Positions 31,667 through 41,702 of a stretch of 64,000 nucleotides of DNA are shown piece by piece (position 1 is the stretch's first letter; each line of letters starts with the position of its first letter). Location of the stretch: NCBI GenBank assembly GCA_963663475.2, contig CAXXJV010000001.1, positions 1,184,001 through 1,248,000 on the forward strand. The letters are read 5' to 3'. Under the pieces are notes generated by a model. It was not told the origin of the DNA. It saw nothing but the letters and a program-made list of their open reading frames with translations, and made no database searches. This DNA comes from Candidatus Cloacimonadales bacterium. Its GTDB lineage: Bacteria; Cloacimonadota; Cloacimonadia; Cloacimonadales; JAFGVF01. A program made the translations under genes and the position numbers.

Positions 31667-32377
31667 CTATCTCTTCTTTAAGTCTAAACTTGTACTTGCT
31701 AAAAAGAGGAATAAATAGGTTAATGAACCGAAATAGATAATATTACGAGTATCAATAACTCCCTTAGCAATGTTTGAGAAGTGGTAATTTATGCTCAAAT
31801 ACTGGAAAAAACCAGAAATAGCTGAAGGTATGAAAAAGAGAGCATAATCTAAGATATAAAAGAAAAATACAATAACAAAGCTGATAATGAAGGCAATAAT
31901 TTGATTCTTAGTTAAACAAGAAGCAAAGATGCCTATTGCTGAATAGGTAGAAGCTAAGAGGATTAGTCCAAGATAACCTGTAAACATAGCTCCTGCATCC
32001 ACATTAGTACCAATTAATAAGATAGTAATAGGGTGAATTAATGACAGTAATAAGCCTGTTATGATTAATCCTAAACCAGCAATAAATTTTCCAACAACAA
32101 TTTGAGATGATTTAACTGGCATGGTAGATAGTAACTCAATAGTACCATTATTATTCTCTTTGGAAACTAAGCCCATGGTTATAGCAGGGATAAATATCAA
32201 AAAGATAATTGGTATTATTCCAAATAAGGTTCTTAAATCTGATTGATTAATCAAGAATAGAGGGTTAGCAAAAAACCAACCAGTGATTAATAAGAAACCG
32301 ACAAGAACCATATAGGCTGCTGGTGATTTAAAGAATGAGGTGAACTCTTTTAAAGCAATAGTTTTGATATAATGCAT
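31667..32377 (-). CDS. gldF: GldF-like ABC-2 permease
   Basis: KEFTSFFKSPAAY, PAITM, GTIELLSTMP, GVIDTRNIIYF. Confidence 0.85.
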   Translation of the reverse strand: MHYIKTIALKEFTSFFKSPAAYMVLVGFLLITGWFFANPLFLINQSDLRTLFGIIPIIFLIFIPAITMGLVSKENNNGTIELLSTMPVKSSQIVVGKFIAGLGLIITGLLLSLIHPITILLIGTNVDAGAMFTGYLGLILLASTYSAIGIFASCLTKNQIIAFIISFVIVFFFYILDYALFFIPSAISGFFQYLSINYHFSNIAKGVIDTRNIIYFGSLTYLFLFLASTSLDLKKR

Positions 32378-32378
32378 C

Positions 32379-33317
32379 TTAATTACCTCCTTCTACTGTT
32401 AATGATCTAAAGACTTCTTCAAGAGAAATATAATCACGATGGAATTCCAGAAGAGTCCAATTCTGTTGCTTAATATAATTATAAATATCTTTTCTAACAT
32501 CATTGGTAGGAGTGTATTCAAAGATAGCTTCATTAAAATTGTCTAATATTGGTTTGAAATTAACCAATTTTGCACTTGGTATTGTGGCAGAAATTTGAGT
32601 TAATTCCTCTTTAGAAGCATCAATATGAAGTATTAAACGAGCTCTATTAGAGTAATCTTCTGTTAACTTAGCTTGAGAACCATCAGCTACAATTTTACCT
32701 CTATTGATAATAACAATTCTATCACAAAGAGCTTGAACTTCTTGTAAAATATGGCTAGATAAAATAACAGTCTTTTCCTTTCCTAATTCTTTGATAAGTT
32801 CTCTAATCTCTACAATCTGATTAGGATCAAGACCTGAAGTAGGTTCATCAAGAATAAGTATCTTAGGGTTATGAATAATAGCTTGAGCTAAACCAACTCT
32901 TTGTTTATATCCCTTAGATAAAGTATGAATAGGTTTGGCGACAACTTCTTTTAAACCACACTTATCAATAGTTTTCTTGAAAGCAGATTCAAAATCATTA
33001 CCTTTAATATGTCTCATATTAGCAACATATTTCAAGTAGTCATAGACAGTCATCTCTAAATACAAAGGGTTAGTTTCAGGAAGATAGCCTATCATAGCTC
33101 TAATTTCTTCTGAATTATCTGCCACATTATAATCTTCAACATAAATGTTTCCTGCAGAAGGATTCAAATAGCAAGTAATCATTTTTAAAGTGGTAGATTT
33201 ACCTGCCCCGTTTGGTCCAAGAAAACCAAGAATTTCACCTTCGTTTATTTCGAAGTTTATGGAATCCACTGCACGCACTGTTCCGTAATCTTTAACAAGA
33301 TTTTCCAGCCGAATCAT
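32379..33317 (-). CDS. gldA: GldA-like ABC ATP-binding protein
   Basis: GPNGAGKST, LSKGYKQRVGLAQA, LDEPTSGLDPNQIVEIR, SSHIL. Confidence 0.87.
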   Translation of the reverse strand: MIRLENLVKDYGTVRAVDSINFEINEGEILGFLGPNGAGKSTTLKMITCYLNPSAGNIYVEDYNVADNSEEIRAMIGYLPETNPLYLEMTVYDYLKYVANMRHIKGNDFESAFKKTIDKCGLKEVVAKPIHTLSKGYKQRVGLAQAIIHNPKILILDEPTSGLDPNQIVEIRELIKELGKEKTVILSSHILQEVQALCDRIVIINRGKIVADGSQAKLTEDYSNRARLILHIDASKEELTQISATIPSAKLVNFKPILDNFNEAIFEYTPTNDVRKDIYNYIKQQNWTLLEFHRDYISLEEVFRSLTVEGGN

Positions 33318-33419
33318 TGTTTCCTCTCCTTTTTTATAGTGTTTTTACTAGTTATATATAAATCAAACGAATGTAGCTTCTTTAAGTTACATAAAATTTA
33401 TATTCTTGTTTAATATTTA

Positions 33420-34583
33420 CTATTTCTTGCTATTTTTCATAGTTAAAACTACTGGAATCATGCCAAAAGCTAAGTAACCACCAATTCTAAAAGTTGTTGT
33501 AAGATCTAATTTGTCTCCTAGGAAACCAACTGCAAAGGAGGCTAAAGAACCTACAGCAAAATTGATTGTCATATAGACTCCATTAACAAAGGATTGGCGA
33601 TTTGTATCTTTATCATGCACGTAAGCTAGAATAATTGGATGGGAGAAAAACATGAAAAAGCCTAAAAGAGCCAAGAGTATTAAGGCTAAATTTCCACTAG
33701 TATAGGTATAGAAAATCATTAAGATAGGGGAGATTATGGCCATAATCAGAAGGGCATTCTTCCTACCAATATAATCAGAGACAGTTCCTGCTGTAAAGGT
33801 TCCTATTGCTCCAGAAAATTGCATAATTGATAGAGCAATACTAGATATAAAAATAGTAGAACCTGTTGATTTCATGTAAGTAGGGAGGAAGGTCATAAGA
33901 GCTTGTTTCATTACGCCTTGGAAGAAGAAAATACCTGCTACAGTAATAAAAATTGGTAGCATGTATTTCATTACTTCTTTATGAGAATCATTTTTTAAAT
34001 ATGTTTCTTTTACAGCCTTAGAGTCCTGTTCAACTTTATTTATTTTGAAGAGGATTAAGAGGGATAAGACAAGACCAATGGGGATTAATCGCCAAACACC
34101 TTCTAATGTCCAATAGGAAATAGCAGCAGTTATAACTAAAGGACCAATTGACCTAGCTAGTTCTCCCCCTAACATGTAAAAACTCATACCTAATCCTTTC
34201 TTATCACCAGCAACCTTTTTTACTAATACAGGAGATGGTACATGAATTAAAGTCGATCCAAAACCTGCAACTAGAAGTAAAAGAAAGAGAGTTAAGTAGT
34301 TTTGAGCTATTCCCATGAGAGTCATTGATGTTACGGCAATTGCTGGAGCTGCTGCAACAAAATATTTTAACTTAAATCTATCTGAAAAACTACCAATAAT
34401 AGGGTTCAGAAGGTTTGGTAATCTTAGAGCTATAGGTAGGGTACCTGCTAACATTAAGGAAAAGCCTATCTTATCCCGCAATAAGGGTAGCATAACAGGG
34501 AAGAAACCTGTGAAACTATCGTGTAGCATATGAGCTAGTGAGATTGTTAGGATATTAGAAAGTTGGAAATTACTCTTTTTCAT
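33420..34583 (-). CDS. MFS transporter, fosmidomycin-resistance (Fsr)-like
   Basis: 12-TM pattern; LAHMLHD start, GSFSDRF, GTVSDYIGRK. Confidence 0.85.
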   Translation of the reverse strand: MKKSNFQLSNILTISLAHMLHDSFTGFFPVMLPLLRDKIGFSLMLAGTLPIALRLPNLLNPIIGSFSDRFKLKYFVAAAPAIAVTSMTLMGIAQNYLTLFLLLLVAGFGSTLIHVPSPVLVKKVAGDKKGLGMSFYMLGGELARSIGPLVITAAISYWTLEGVWRLIPIGLVLSLLILFKINKVEQDSKAVKETYLKNDSHKEVMKYMLPIFITVAGIFFFQGVMKQALMTFLPTYMKSTGSTIFISSIALSIMQFSGAIGTFTAGTVSDYIGRKNALLIMAIISPILMIFYTYTSGNLALILLALLGFFMFFSHPIILAYVHDKDTNRQSFVNGVYMTINFAVGSLASFAVGFLGDKLDLTTTFRIGGYLAFGMIPVVLTMKNSKK

Positions 34584-34926
34584 TTTTTCTCATTTCATCT
34601 AAAACAGCAATGGCTCTTCTCATATGTGGTATTACAATTGAACCACCAACTAGAAGACCAATACTTAATGCTTCTTCAATTTCTTGATCACTATAACCTA
34701 GATCAAAACAATTTTTCAAATGGTAGTTGATACAATCATCACAGCGTAGGACAAGGGAAGCTACAAGACCTAGTAATTCTTTTGTATTCTCAGGAAGAGC
34801 ACCTTGTCGATACATTTGATTGTCCAAAGAAAGAAATCTTTTTGTTGATAAAGAAGTGTAATTAGACATAATATTATTAAGTCTATCCCTCTCTTGAGTG
34901 AATTTTTCAATAGTAGATTTTTCCAT
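34570..34926 (-). CDS. Carboxymuconolactone decarboxylase / AhpD-like protein
   Basis: KELLGLVASLVLRCDDCINYH (CxxC). Start moved to ATG 34926 (RBS gagg). Confidence 0.88.
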   Translation of the reverse strand: MEKSTIEKFTQERDRLNNIMSNYTSLSTKRFLSLDNQMYRQGALPENTKELLGLVASLVLRCDDCINYHLKNCFDLGYSDQEIEEALSIGLLVGGSIVIPHMRRAIAVLDEMRKNEKE

Positions 34927-35020
34927 AATTACCTCAGTTATTTTTATGATAACCAAGATATTTAAATAGATAAAATTGTCTTGTTTTTTTTACTGTAAAA
35001 TATAAATTGTAGGCTTTTAC

Positions 35021-37534
35021 CTAGTTACATAGTCTATGAATCTTTGCGTACAACTCATTCTTATTAACTGGTTTAGCAACAAACTCATTACAGCCTGCTG
35101 CAATATACTTATCCCTTTCTTCTGACATAGCAAAGGCGGTTAGAGCTATAACTGGTAGGTTTTTGAATTCTTGACTCTGTCTAAGATGACTCAAGGTTTC
35201 CATACCATCCATTACAGGCATTTGCATATCTAAAAGAATGATATCATATTTCTTGCTCTTCAATTTTTCTAAGGCTATCTTTCCATTCTCAGCAATGTCA
35301 CAGATATTATTAACTTTCTTTAAGATAGACTTTATCAACTTCTGATTAATAGCGTTGTCTTCAGCTACTAAGATATTTATACTGCTTAAATCAGTGATTG
35401 GATTAGTTTCTAAACTTTGCTTTTCAGGGATTTTAGATTCACCTGTGGCTGTTGGTAAAGGGATAGTTACTTGGAAAGTAGATCCTTTATTAATTCTAGA
35501 GTTTACTTCAATTTCACCTTTCATCACATCAAGGATTCTCTTAACTATTGATAAACCTAAACCTGTTCCATAAGTAATTTTCTTTTCATCAGTTCTTATC
35601 TGCTCAAAAGCATTGAAAATAGTCTCAAGTTTTTGTTTCTTAATTCCAATTCCTGTATCTCTTACTATAAAGATTACCTTACCCGCTTGATATTTAACTT
35701 CTAAGATGATCTCCCCTCGTTCAGTATAATTAACTGCATTTGATAAGAGATTAAGCAATATCTGCTTAAGTTGTATCTCATCACCAATAACCCTGTCTGG
35801 AATGATTAGAGACTTGATAATCCTAAAATCCAATGATTTATTATTAGCACTAACTGAGATTATCCGTTTAACTTCATCAATCATGTTATTTAAAGAAAAC
35901 TCATTATGTAAAAGTTTAATGTTTCCTGACTCTATTTTGGACAGTTCGAGAATATTATTGATAATATCTAGGAGATGGTTACCTGATTGAACTATAGTTC
36001 GTAATTTCTCTCTTTTATCTAAATCAGTTTCAATATCATAGATTAATTGAGAGAAACCATTTATTGCATTTAATGGTGTTCTTATTTCATGGCTCATATG
36101 GGATAAGAATGTTGACTTAGCCTTATTGGCATCCTCAGCATCTTCTTTAGCCTTCTTTAAATCTTGTTCAAAAGCTTTCATATCTGATACATCAATTAGA
36201 TATTCTAAATAGCCTACATAATCACCTTTAGCATCGTAGAGTAAACGAGTATGATCCTTTACCCAAATCTCAGAACCATCTTTTTTTATCATCTTATAGG
36301 GTGAATGAGAATAAAACTCTTCCTTCTCTTCATAAAACTTATCAGCTTCTTCTAAGAGCTTGGGTAGCATGTCTTCACTAACTAAGCTGTTTAAATCTAT
36401 GTTGTTATCAATAATTTCTTTCTTGGTAAATCCTGTAAAATGGTGAACATTCTCAGAAATCCACTCAATTCTCTTTTTATCTTCTCGATTTATACACTTC
36501 ATTATCATGACAGGTCCATTCTCAAAGAGATTTCTCTCTAACATGAGATTGCCTAAGTGTTCTTCCTTCTCCGTAATATCACTAAAACCAACTAGCATAT
36601 GTTTGTTATCAATCTGAGAGAAGTGAATATTGAAAATATAATATTTGTCATCAATATTTAATTCAATTTTTTCAATATGTAAGCTTGTATCATTACCTTC
36701 AATTAGTTTCTGCTTTTTCTTTAAGATAGAGCTTACCAGCTCAGGATTATTAGAGAATGAATACAGGAGAGAACTAAATGTATAATCTGTAATACCTTCT
36801 CTTTTAAATTGCTGATAAACATATTGATTGAAATAGATTATTTCATCATGATCTAATATTAAAATAGGGAAAGGTATCTTGTCAATGGTGTTATGAAAAC
36901 CAACACTATTGTCTGATAAATTCTTTTGAGCTAGAAAATCTTCAGTATAATCACTAAAGATAGTTGTAATAAGCTGAGATTCGAAAGCATCTTTAGATCT
37001 TATGGTAATAATTCTGAAATGAAAATAACGATTATCTAAAATGCCATGAGCAAAGTATTCTGTTTTCTTGCCACTTGCTTGGCAAATTTCTGCCTGCTGG
37101 ATAATCTTCTCAATATCAGTTTGATTTATAGATAACCTCTTGGCGATTTCCCTTATTGATAAGTCATTACAGTCATTAAGAAAACTATCTAAACTTGGAG
37201 AAAGAGAATTATTTTTTAAAAGGCATTTACCTGAAGCATCTTTAGTAATAATAATAGCTGGAACTAACCCGATAATATCTTTGATAATTGAACTTTGGAC
37301 ACAAAGAAGAGGAGAGGAAGAGAGGTGGATATAGTTTTTTATTGTAGCTGAATCATAACCTAACTTACTATAACCATCTATACTGATAATTGCACGAATT
37401 TGTAGCTCATTAAATACATAAGAATCTTTAATTTCTTGGTCATTAATACCTAGCAACCTCGAGTAAGATAAAAGCTCTTCTCTCTTTAATCCAAGCACTT
37501 GGCAGAGCTCTTTACAGGTAAATTCTTTTTTCAT
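35021..37534 (-). CDS. Cytoplasmic hybrid sensor kinase: MerR-like HTH + PAS domains + HisKA/HATPase + REC
   Basis: SHEIRTPLN H-box, NLLSNA, DTGIGI, GTGLGL, REC 'VAEDN...LLDMQMPVMDG...KP'; PAS/PAC 'KKDGSEIWV'; N-terminus resembles a MerR HTH. Confidence 0.9.
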   Translation of the reverse strand: MKKEFTCKELCQVLGLKREELLSYSRLLGINDQEIKDSYVFNELQIRAIISIDGYSKLGYDSATIKNYIHLSSSPLLCVQSSIIKDIIGLVPAIIITKDASGKCLLKNNSLSPSLDSFLNDCNDLSIREIAKRLSINQTDIEKIIQQAEICQASGKKTEYFAHGILDNRYFHFRIITIRSKDAFESQLITTIFSDYTEDFLAQKNLSDNSVGFHNTIDKIPFPILILDHDEIIYFNQYVYQQFKREGITDYTFSSLLYSFSNNPELVSSILKKKQKLIEGNDTSLHIEKIELNIDDKYYIFNIHFSQIDNKHMLVGFSDITEKEEHLGNLMLERNLFENGPVMIMKCINREDKKRIEWISENVHHFTGFTKKEIIDNNIDLNSLVSEDMLPKLLEEADKFYEEKEEFYSHSPYKMIKKDGSEIWVKDHTRLLYDAKGDYVGYLEYLIDVSDMKAFEQDLKKAKEDAEDANKAKSTFLSHMSHEIRTPLNAINGFSQLIYDIETDLDKREKLRTIVQSGNHLLDIINNILELSKIESGNIKLLHNEFSLNNMIDEVKRIISVSANNKSLDFRIIKSLIIPDRVIGDEIQLKQILLNLLSNAVNYTERGEIILEVKYQAGKVIFIVRDTGIGIKKQKLETIFNAFEQIRTDEKKITYGTGLGLSIVKRILDVMKGEIEVNSRINKGSTFQVTIPLPTATGESKIPEKQSLETNPITDLSSINILVAEDNAINQKLIKSILKKVNNICDIAENGKIALEKLKSKKYDIILLDMQMPVMDGMETLSHLRQSQEFKNLPVIALTAFAMSEERDKYIAAGCNEFVAKPVNKNELYAKIHRLCN

Positions 37535-37818
37535 CTATAAGTCCATTAAGGTTAGTTTTATCTCAAATAATGTATTATTAATCAAGTTAATATGAAATTT
37601 GCACTAGTGTTAAAGCATTATTCGATATTTTTCTATATCAAAAAAAATTAATATGTTGTCAAGAAATGATTTGTTAAAATTAAAAAATCTTAATCTAAAA
37701 ATACTTGCAAAAGAAAATAATCTTCAAAGAAAAAAGGAATGTTAAGCACTAAGCTTATTGTTAAAACTTGATACTTACACTTTCTCCTTTTATATAAATT
37801 TTAATCTTGAAGAAAAGA

Positions 37819-37857
37819 CTATTGGTCAGCTTTTTGTAATTAAAAAGTGACCAATAG
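37819..37857 (-). terminator. Terminator of the ADH gene
   Basis: ctattggtca...tgaccaatag stem with a left A-tract. Confidence 0.65.
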
Positions 37858-37874
37858 CACAGAGAGGTTGAATT

Positions 37875-39014
37875 TTAATAAGCTAAAATTAAGATAGCTT
37901 CAATATCTTCACGGTTAAATTTGCTAAATCTACCAATGCTTGGGAATTCCATTATTTTATCAGCAATTTTACCTAAATCATTTTTATGAATACAAAGGTC
38001 ACGAAGAGATATTGGAGAGCCCCATTCTCTTATTTTATTTCGCATAGAAATCAAGGCTGAGATACTATTATCCTCATTCCAAATTTCAAACCAATCATTA
38101 AACTTATCTGGATATTTAAATATCATGTATTCTATCCAAGCAGGAAATATTACCCCTAGTCCTGCTCCGTGAGCTATCTTTGGATAAAGAGCTGAAAGAG
38201 CATGTTCGATTATATGACATGCCCAATCTCCTCCATTCATGCCTATACCACTAATGCCATTTAGGGCAAGGGTCGCAGACCAAGCAAGATTGGCTCGAGC
38301 AGTATAGTCTTGCTGATTAATTTTCAGTCTATCTATCATGGATACAATTGTTTTAACTAGAGCTTTATCAATTCCCCGAGTAGTAATAGACTCAGGGCTG
38401 ACAAAGTAATACTCAAAAATGTGAGCAATAGCATCTAGTCCACCATTGACAGTTTGGTCCCAGGGCAGAGAGTATTGAACTGTGGGATCTATAATTGAGA
38501 CTTTAGGGAATAGGAGGGGAGAACCACCACCCCATTTTTGTTGGGTCTCTGTATTGGTAATTACAAATCCACTGTTCATTTCTGATCCAGTAGCAGAGAT
38601 AGTTAATACTGTATAAATAGGAAGTGCTTTCTGAGCTTTAGCCTTTCCTTGCATGAAGGTCCATAAATCATCAAGATAAAAACCAAGAGCAATAGCTTTA
38701 GCAGAATCAATTACAGATCCACCTCCTACTGCAAGAATAGCATCAACTTTTGCTTCTTTAGCCAACTTAATAGTCTCATTTACTTTATGTAAAGTAGGAT
38801 TAGCTTGCACACCCCACATCTCAACAAAGTCTATCTCTTTTTCTTTTAAAGAAGTGGTTATTTTAGCGTAGACTCCATTGTTCTTGATAGATCCTTTTCC
38901 AGCAAGTAGAAGTATTTTCTTATGTTGTCCAGATTTTATCTCACAAGCAATTTCAGTAATCTTATCTTTTCCAAAAATTATTTTTGTTGGATTATAAAAA
39001 GTAAAGTTATTCAT
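37875..39014 (-). CDS. Iron-containing alcohol dehydrogenase (BdhA/YqhD-like)
   Basis: FTFYNPTKIIFG, AVGGGSVIDSAK, ATGSEMN, DAIAHIFE, HIIEHALS, HGAGL. Confidence 0.93.
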   Translation of the reverse strand: MNNFTFYNPTKIIFGKDKITEIACEIKSGQHKKILLLAGKGSIKNNGVYAKITTSLKEKEIDFVEMWGVQANPTLHKVNETIKLAKEAKVDAILAVGGGSVIDSAKAIALGFYLDDLWTFMQGKAKAQKALPIYTVLTISATGSEMNSGFVITNTETQQKWGGGSPLLFPKVSIIDPTVQYSLPWDQTVNGGLDAIAHIFEYYFVSPESITTRGIDKALVKTIVSMIDRLKINQQDYTARANLAWSATLALNGISGIGMNGGDWACHIIEHALSALYPKIAHGAGLGVIFPAWIEYMIFKYPDKFNDWFEIWNEDNSISALISMRNKIREWGSPISLRDLCIHKNDLGKIADKIMEFPSIGRFSKFNREDIEAILILAY

Positions 39015-39141
39015 TTATCCACCTATTTAGTTTATGAAAATAATATATTGAAAAAGACTAGATTTGCAAGCAGAAATAGGATTTTTTTAAAAGTCATGGG
39101 GTTAATATGTTATGACTTGAGGAATAATTAAATTTTTTCAT

Positions 39142-39170
39142 TGACTCTACAAATAAAAAATAATAAATTA
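39142..39170 (+). promoter_or_regulatory. Putative sigma70 promoter of the REC-PP2C-kinase / glycosyltransferase operon
   Basis: TTGACT-17 nt-TAAATT about 60 bp before the TTG start. Confidence 0.5.
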
Positions 39171-39228
39171 GTCTTTAAGTTATATAATAGATTATTAACG
39201 CTAATTAGTAATTCTAAGAGGAGTTGAT

Positions 39229-40854
39229 TTGGATATTAAAGCAAAGATATTAGTTGTAGATGATGAGAAGATTATCAGAAAGCTTCTAGGGGCAACTTTA
39301 ACTAAAAATGGCTATGAAATTGATTTTGCTTCTAATGGTTATGAAGCAATAAGTAAAATAAAGAATGAACAATTTGATTTAATCCTTTTAGATGTGACCA
39401 TGCCAGGTCTTGATGGTTTTGAAACTTGTAGAAGAATTATAAATATAGATCCTGAGTTACCTGTTATCCAAGTTACCTCTTCAACAGATAATGAATCATT
39501 AACCAAGGGTTTTGAAGCAGGGGCATTAGATTATATAAGAAAGCCATGGCAGACTATGGAACTGCTAGCTAGAGTAAAGAACATACTGAGGATAAAAGCA
39601 GCAGAAAAAGAAAAACAAATTTACTTTCAAACCTTACAAGATGATATGATTACTGCCTCTGTTATAATGAAGATGATACTTCCAGAATGGATTTTTTTAG
39701 ATAAGAAAATGTTATTTGTTTCTGATTATGTTCCTTCTAATCATGTGGGTGGTGATGTTTTTAACTCTGTCAAACTTAATGATAATCAGTATATAGTTTA
39801 TCTTGGCGATATTTCAGGTCATGGAGTGCAAGCAGCCTTGTTCATGTCAGCAGTTAGAACAACGATCAACTTATTGATAGATGAACATAAGGATAATTTT
39901 GATATTACCACCTTGATGACCAAGCTCAATACTACCCTTTCTAAGGATCTTTTTAAATCAACAGATTCTTACTTTACCTTAATATTTGGTATAGTAGATT
40001 TTGAAGAGAAGACATTTGAGTATGTAAACTGTGGGCATCCTCCTTTTATTGAATATAATGTTGATACAAATCAAGTTGTTATTCATGATGAAAAAGGGAC
40101 AATACCAATTGGTTGGTCTGCAAACTATGCTTTTGATGAGTCTGAAGTAGGTAAAATTGATTTAACAATGGATAAAATTATTTTCTTATATACCGATGGA
40201 TTAAACGAGAGTATTGATCCTGAAGGGAATGAATTTGGAATAAATGGTTTAACTAATATCTTAAAGAATGAGATAGAAGATGTTAATACTATCACCCTAC
40301 CATTTAAAATTAAGCAATATTTACAAGATAATGAATATAAGCTAAGTAGTGATGATTTCACTTTATTTGCCTTCCAGTTACAAGGAAACAACAACTTATC
40401 GAAAATTAAAGAAAATCCAGAAAAACAGAAGAAGATGATTTTCTGGGTAAAAGCTGTTATGAAAGATGTAGCATCAGTTTCCCAACATTGTGAGAAGCTA
40501 GTTTTAGCTTGGACAAAGAACAACACTTTCTCAGCCAAAGTGGAGATTATCATTGATGAGCTATTAAATAACATAATTGAGCATGGCTATAAATTTGAAG
40601 AGACAGCAAGAATTGTTTTTGAATTTAAACTTATAGGCACTAAATTATATATTACAATGTGGGACAAAGGAATAGAGTGGATTCCTGAGACAGTTAAGTA
40701 TAATCATGATAACCCATATCTCTTTGAAAAGGATCTCTTTGATGTATCAGGAAGAGGACTTTATATGGTTCTTTCTTGGTCAGAAGAGTTTTATCGTAAT
40801 AGATATTCAGAAGAGTTAAACGAAACTATTGTCGTATTAGATGTCAATAGGTAG
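39229..40854 (+). CDS. Response regulator fused to a PP2C (SpoIIE) phosphatase and an RsbW-like Ser kinase
   Basis: REC (VVDDE, LLDVTMP, KP); PP2C (VGGD, GDISGHG, YTDGLNE, DDFT); HATPase (ELLNNIIEHG, DKG, GRGLYMV); TTG start behind RBS gaggag. Confidence 0.92.
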   Translation: MDIKAKILVVDDEKIIRKLLGATLTKNGYEIDFASNGYEAISKIKNEQFDLILLDVTMPGLDGFETCRRIINIDPELPVIQVTSSTDNESLTKGFEAGALDYIRKPWQTMELLARVKNILRIKAAEKEKQIYFQTLQDDMITASVIMKMILPEWIFLDKKMLFVSDYVPSNHVGGDVFNSVKLNDNQYIVYLGDISGHGVQAALFMSAVRTTINLLIDEHKDNFDITTLMTKLNTTLSKDLFKSTDSYFTLIFGIVDFEEKTFEYVNCGHPPFIEYNVDTNQVVIHDEKGTIPIGWSANYAFDESEVGKIDLTMDKIIFLYTDGLNESIDPEGNEFGINGLTNILKNEIEDVNTITLPFKIKQYLQDNEYKLSSDDFTLFAFQLQGNNNLSKIKENPEKQKKMIFWVKAVMKDVASVSQHCEKLVLAWTKNNTFSAKVEIIIDELLNNIIEHGYKFEETARIVFEFKLIGTKLYITMWDKGIEWIPETVKYNHDNPYLFEKDLFDVSGRGLYMVLSWSEEFYRNRYSEELNETIVVLDVNR

Positions 40855-40863
40855 GAGTAAAAG

Positions 40864-41697
40864 ATGCCAAAAGTTTCGATTATAATGAGAGTCTATAATG
40901 AAATGCCTTATATTAAGTATGCCTTAAGAATGTTAGAGCAACAATCTTTTCAAGATTATGAACTAATTATAGTAGATTCTGCTTCTACTGATGGATCTTA
41001 TGAGCTGGCTCAGAAAGCAAATCCTGATATTATTTATCAAATTAAGGCAGGTACTTATGTTCCAGGAAGAGTTTTAAATGAGGCAATTAGCAAGGCAAGT
41101 GGTCAAATTATTGTCTTTAATAATTCTGATTGCATTCCTCAGAACAAATATTGGCTTGAGAATTTAATAAGACCTTTTGAGCAGGATAAAGATACTGTAG
41201 CTACTTTTGCTAATCAGGTAGCCAGACCTGATGCTAATCCTTTAGTGAGGAAGGATTATGAACGTGCTTTTGGAGATGGTTCAATATCTGCTAAGTGGAA
41301 ACATTTCTTTTCTCTTGCTTCTTCTGCTGTAACTAAAGAAATCATTAGCCAATACCCCTTTAATCCTACAATCCAGTATTCTGAGGATATAGAGTGGTCT
41401 TGGAGAATGAAGCAGATGGGCAAGAAGATAACTTATGTTGCAGATGCCATAGTTGAACATTCTCATAATTATACTTGGAAAGGCTTAATTAAACGTTATA
41501 CAGGTGAAGGTAAGGCGGAAAAAGAAATCTATAAAGAAACTAGAGGTAATTTTCTTTTTGCAGTAGTAATTTCAGCTAAACTAGAAATTCTCAGAGATAT
41601 TATATATTTGATAAAGCATAAAGAAGTTCACTGGATACCTTATTCTATAGGAGTAAGGTTTTTACAACGTTTTTGTGTTTGGAAAGCTAGGGCATAA
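40864..41697 (+). CDS. Glycosyltransferase family 2 (rhamnosyltransferase-like)
   Basis: VSIIMRVYNE, IIVDSASTDGS, EDIEW, VEHSHNY. Confidence 0.9.
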   Translation: MPKVSIIMRVYNEMPYIKYALRMLEQQSFQDYELIIVDSASTDGSYELAQKANPDIIYQIKAGTYVPGRVLNEAISKASGQIIVFNNSDCIPQNKYWLENLIRPFEQDKDTVATFANQVARPDANPLVRKDYERAFGDGSISAKWKHFFSLASSAVTKEIISQYPFNPTIQYSEDIEWSWRMKQMGKKITYVADAIVEHSHNYTWKGLIKRYTGEGKAEKEIYKETRGNFLFAVVISAKLEILRDIIYLIKHKEVHWIPYSIGVRFLQRFCVWKARA

Positions 41698-41702
41698 GTC
41701 TT

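Noticed and set aside
29173-33317. Evidence of gliding motility from gldA/F/G
   Set aside because: GldAFG-like ABC systems are widespread in non-gliding bacteria, and no gldK-N or sprB is present here.
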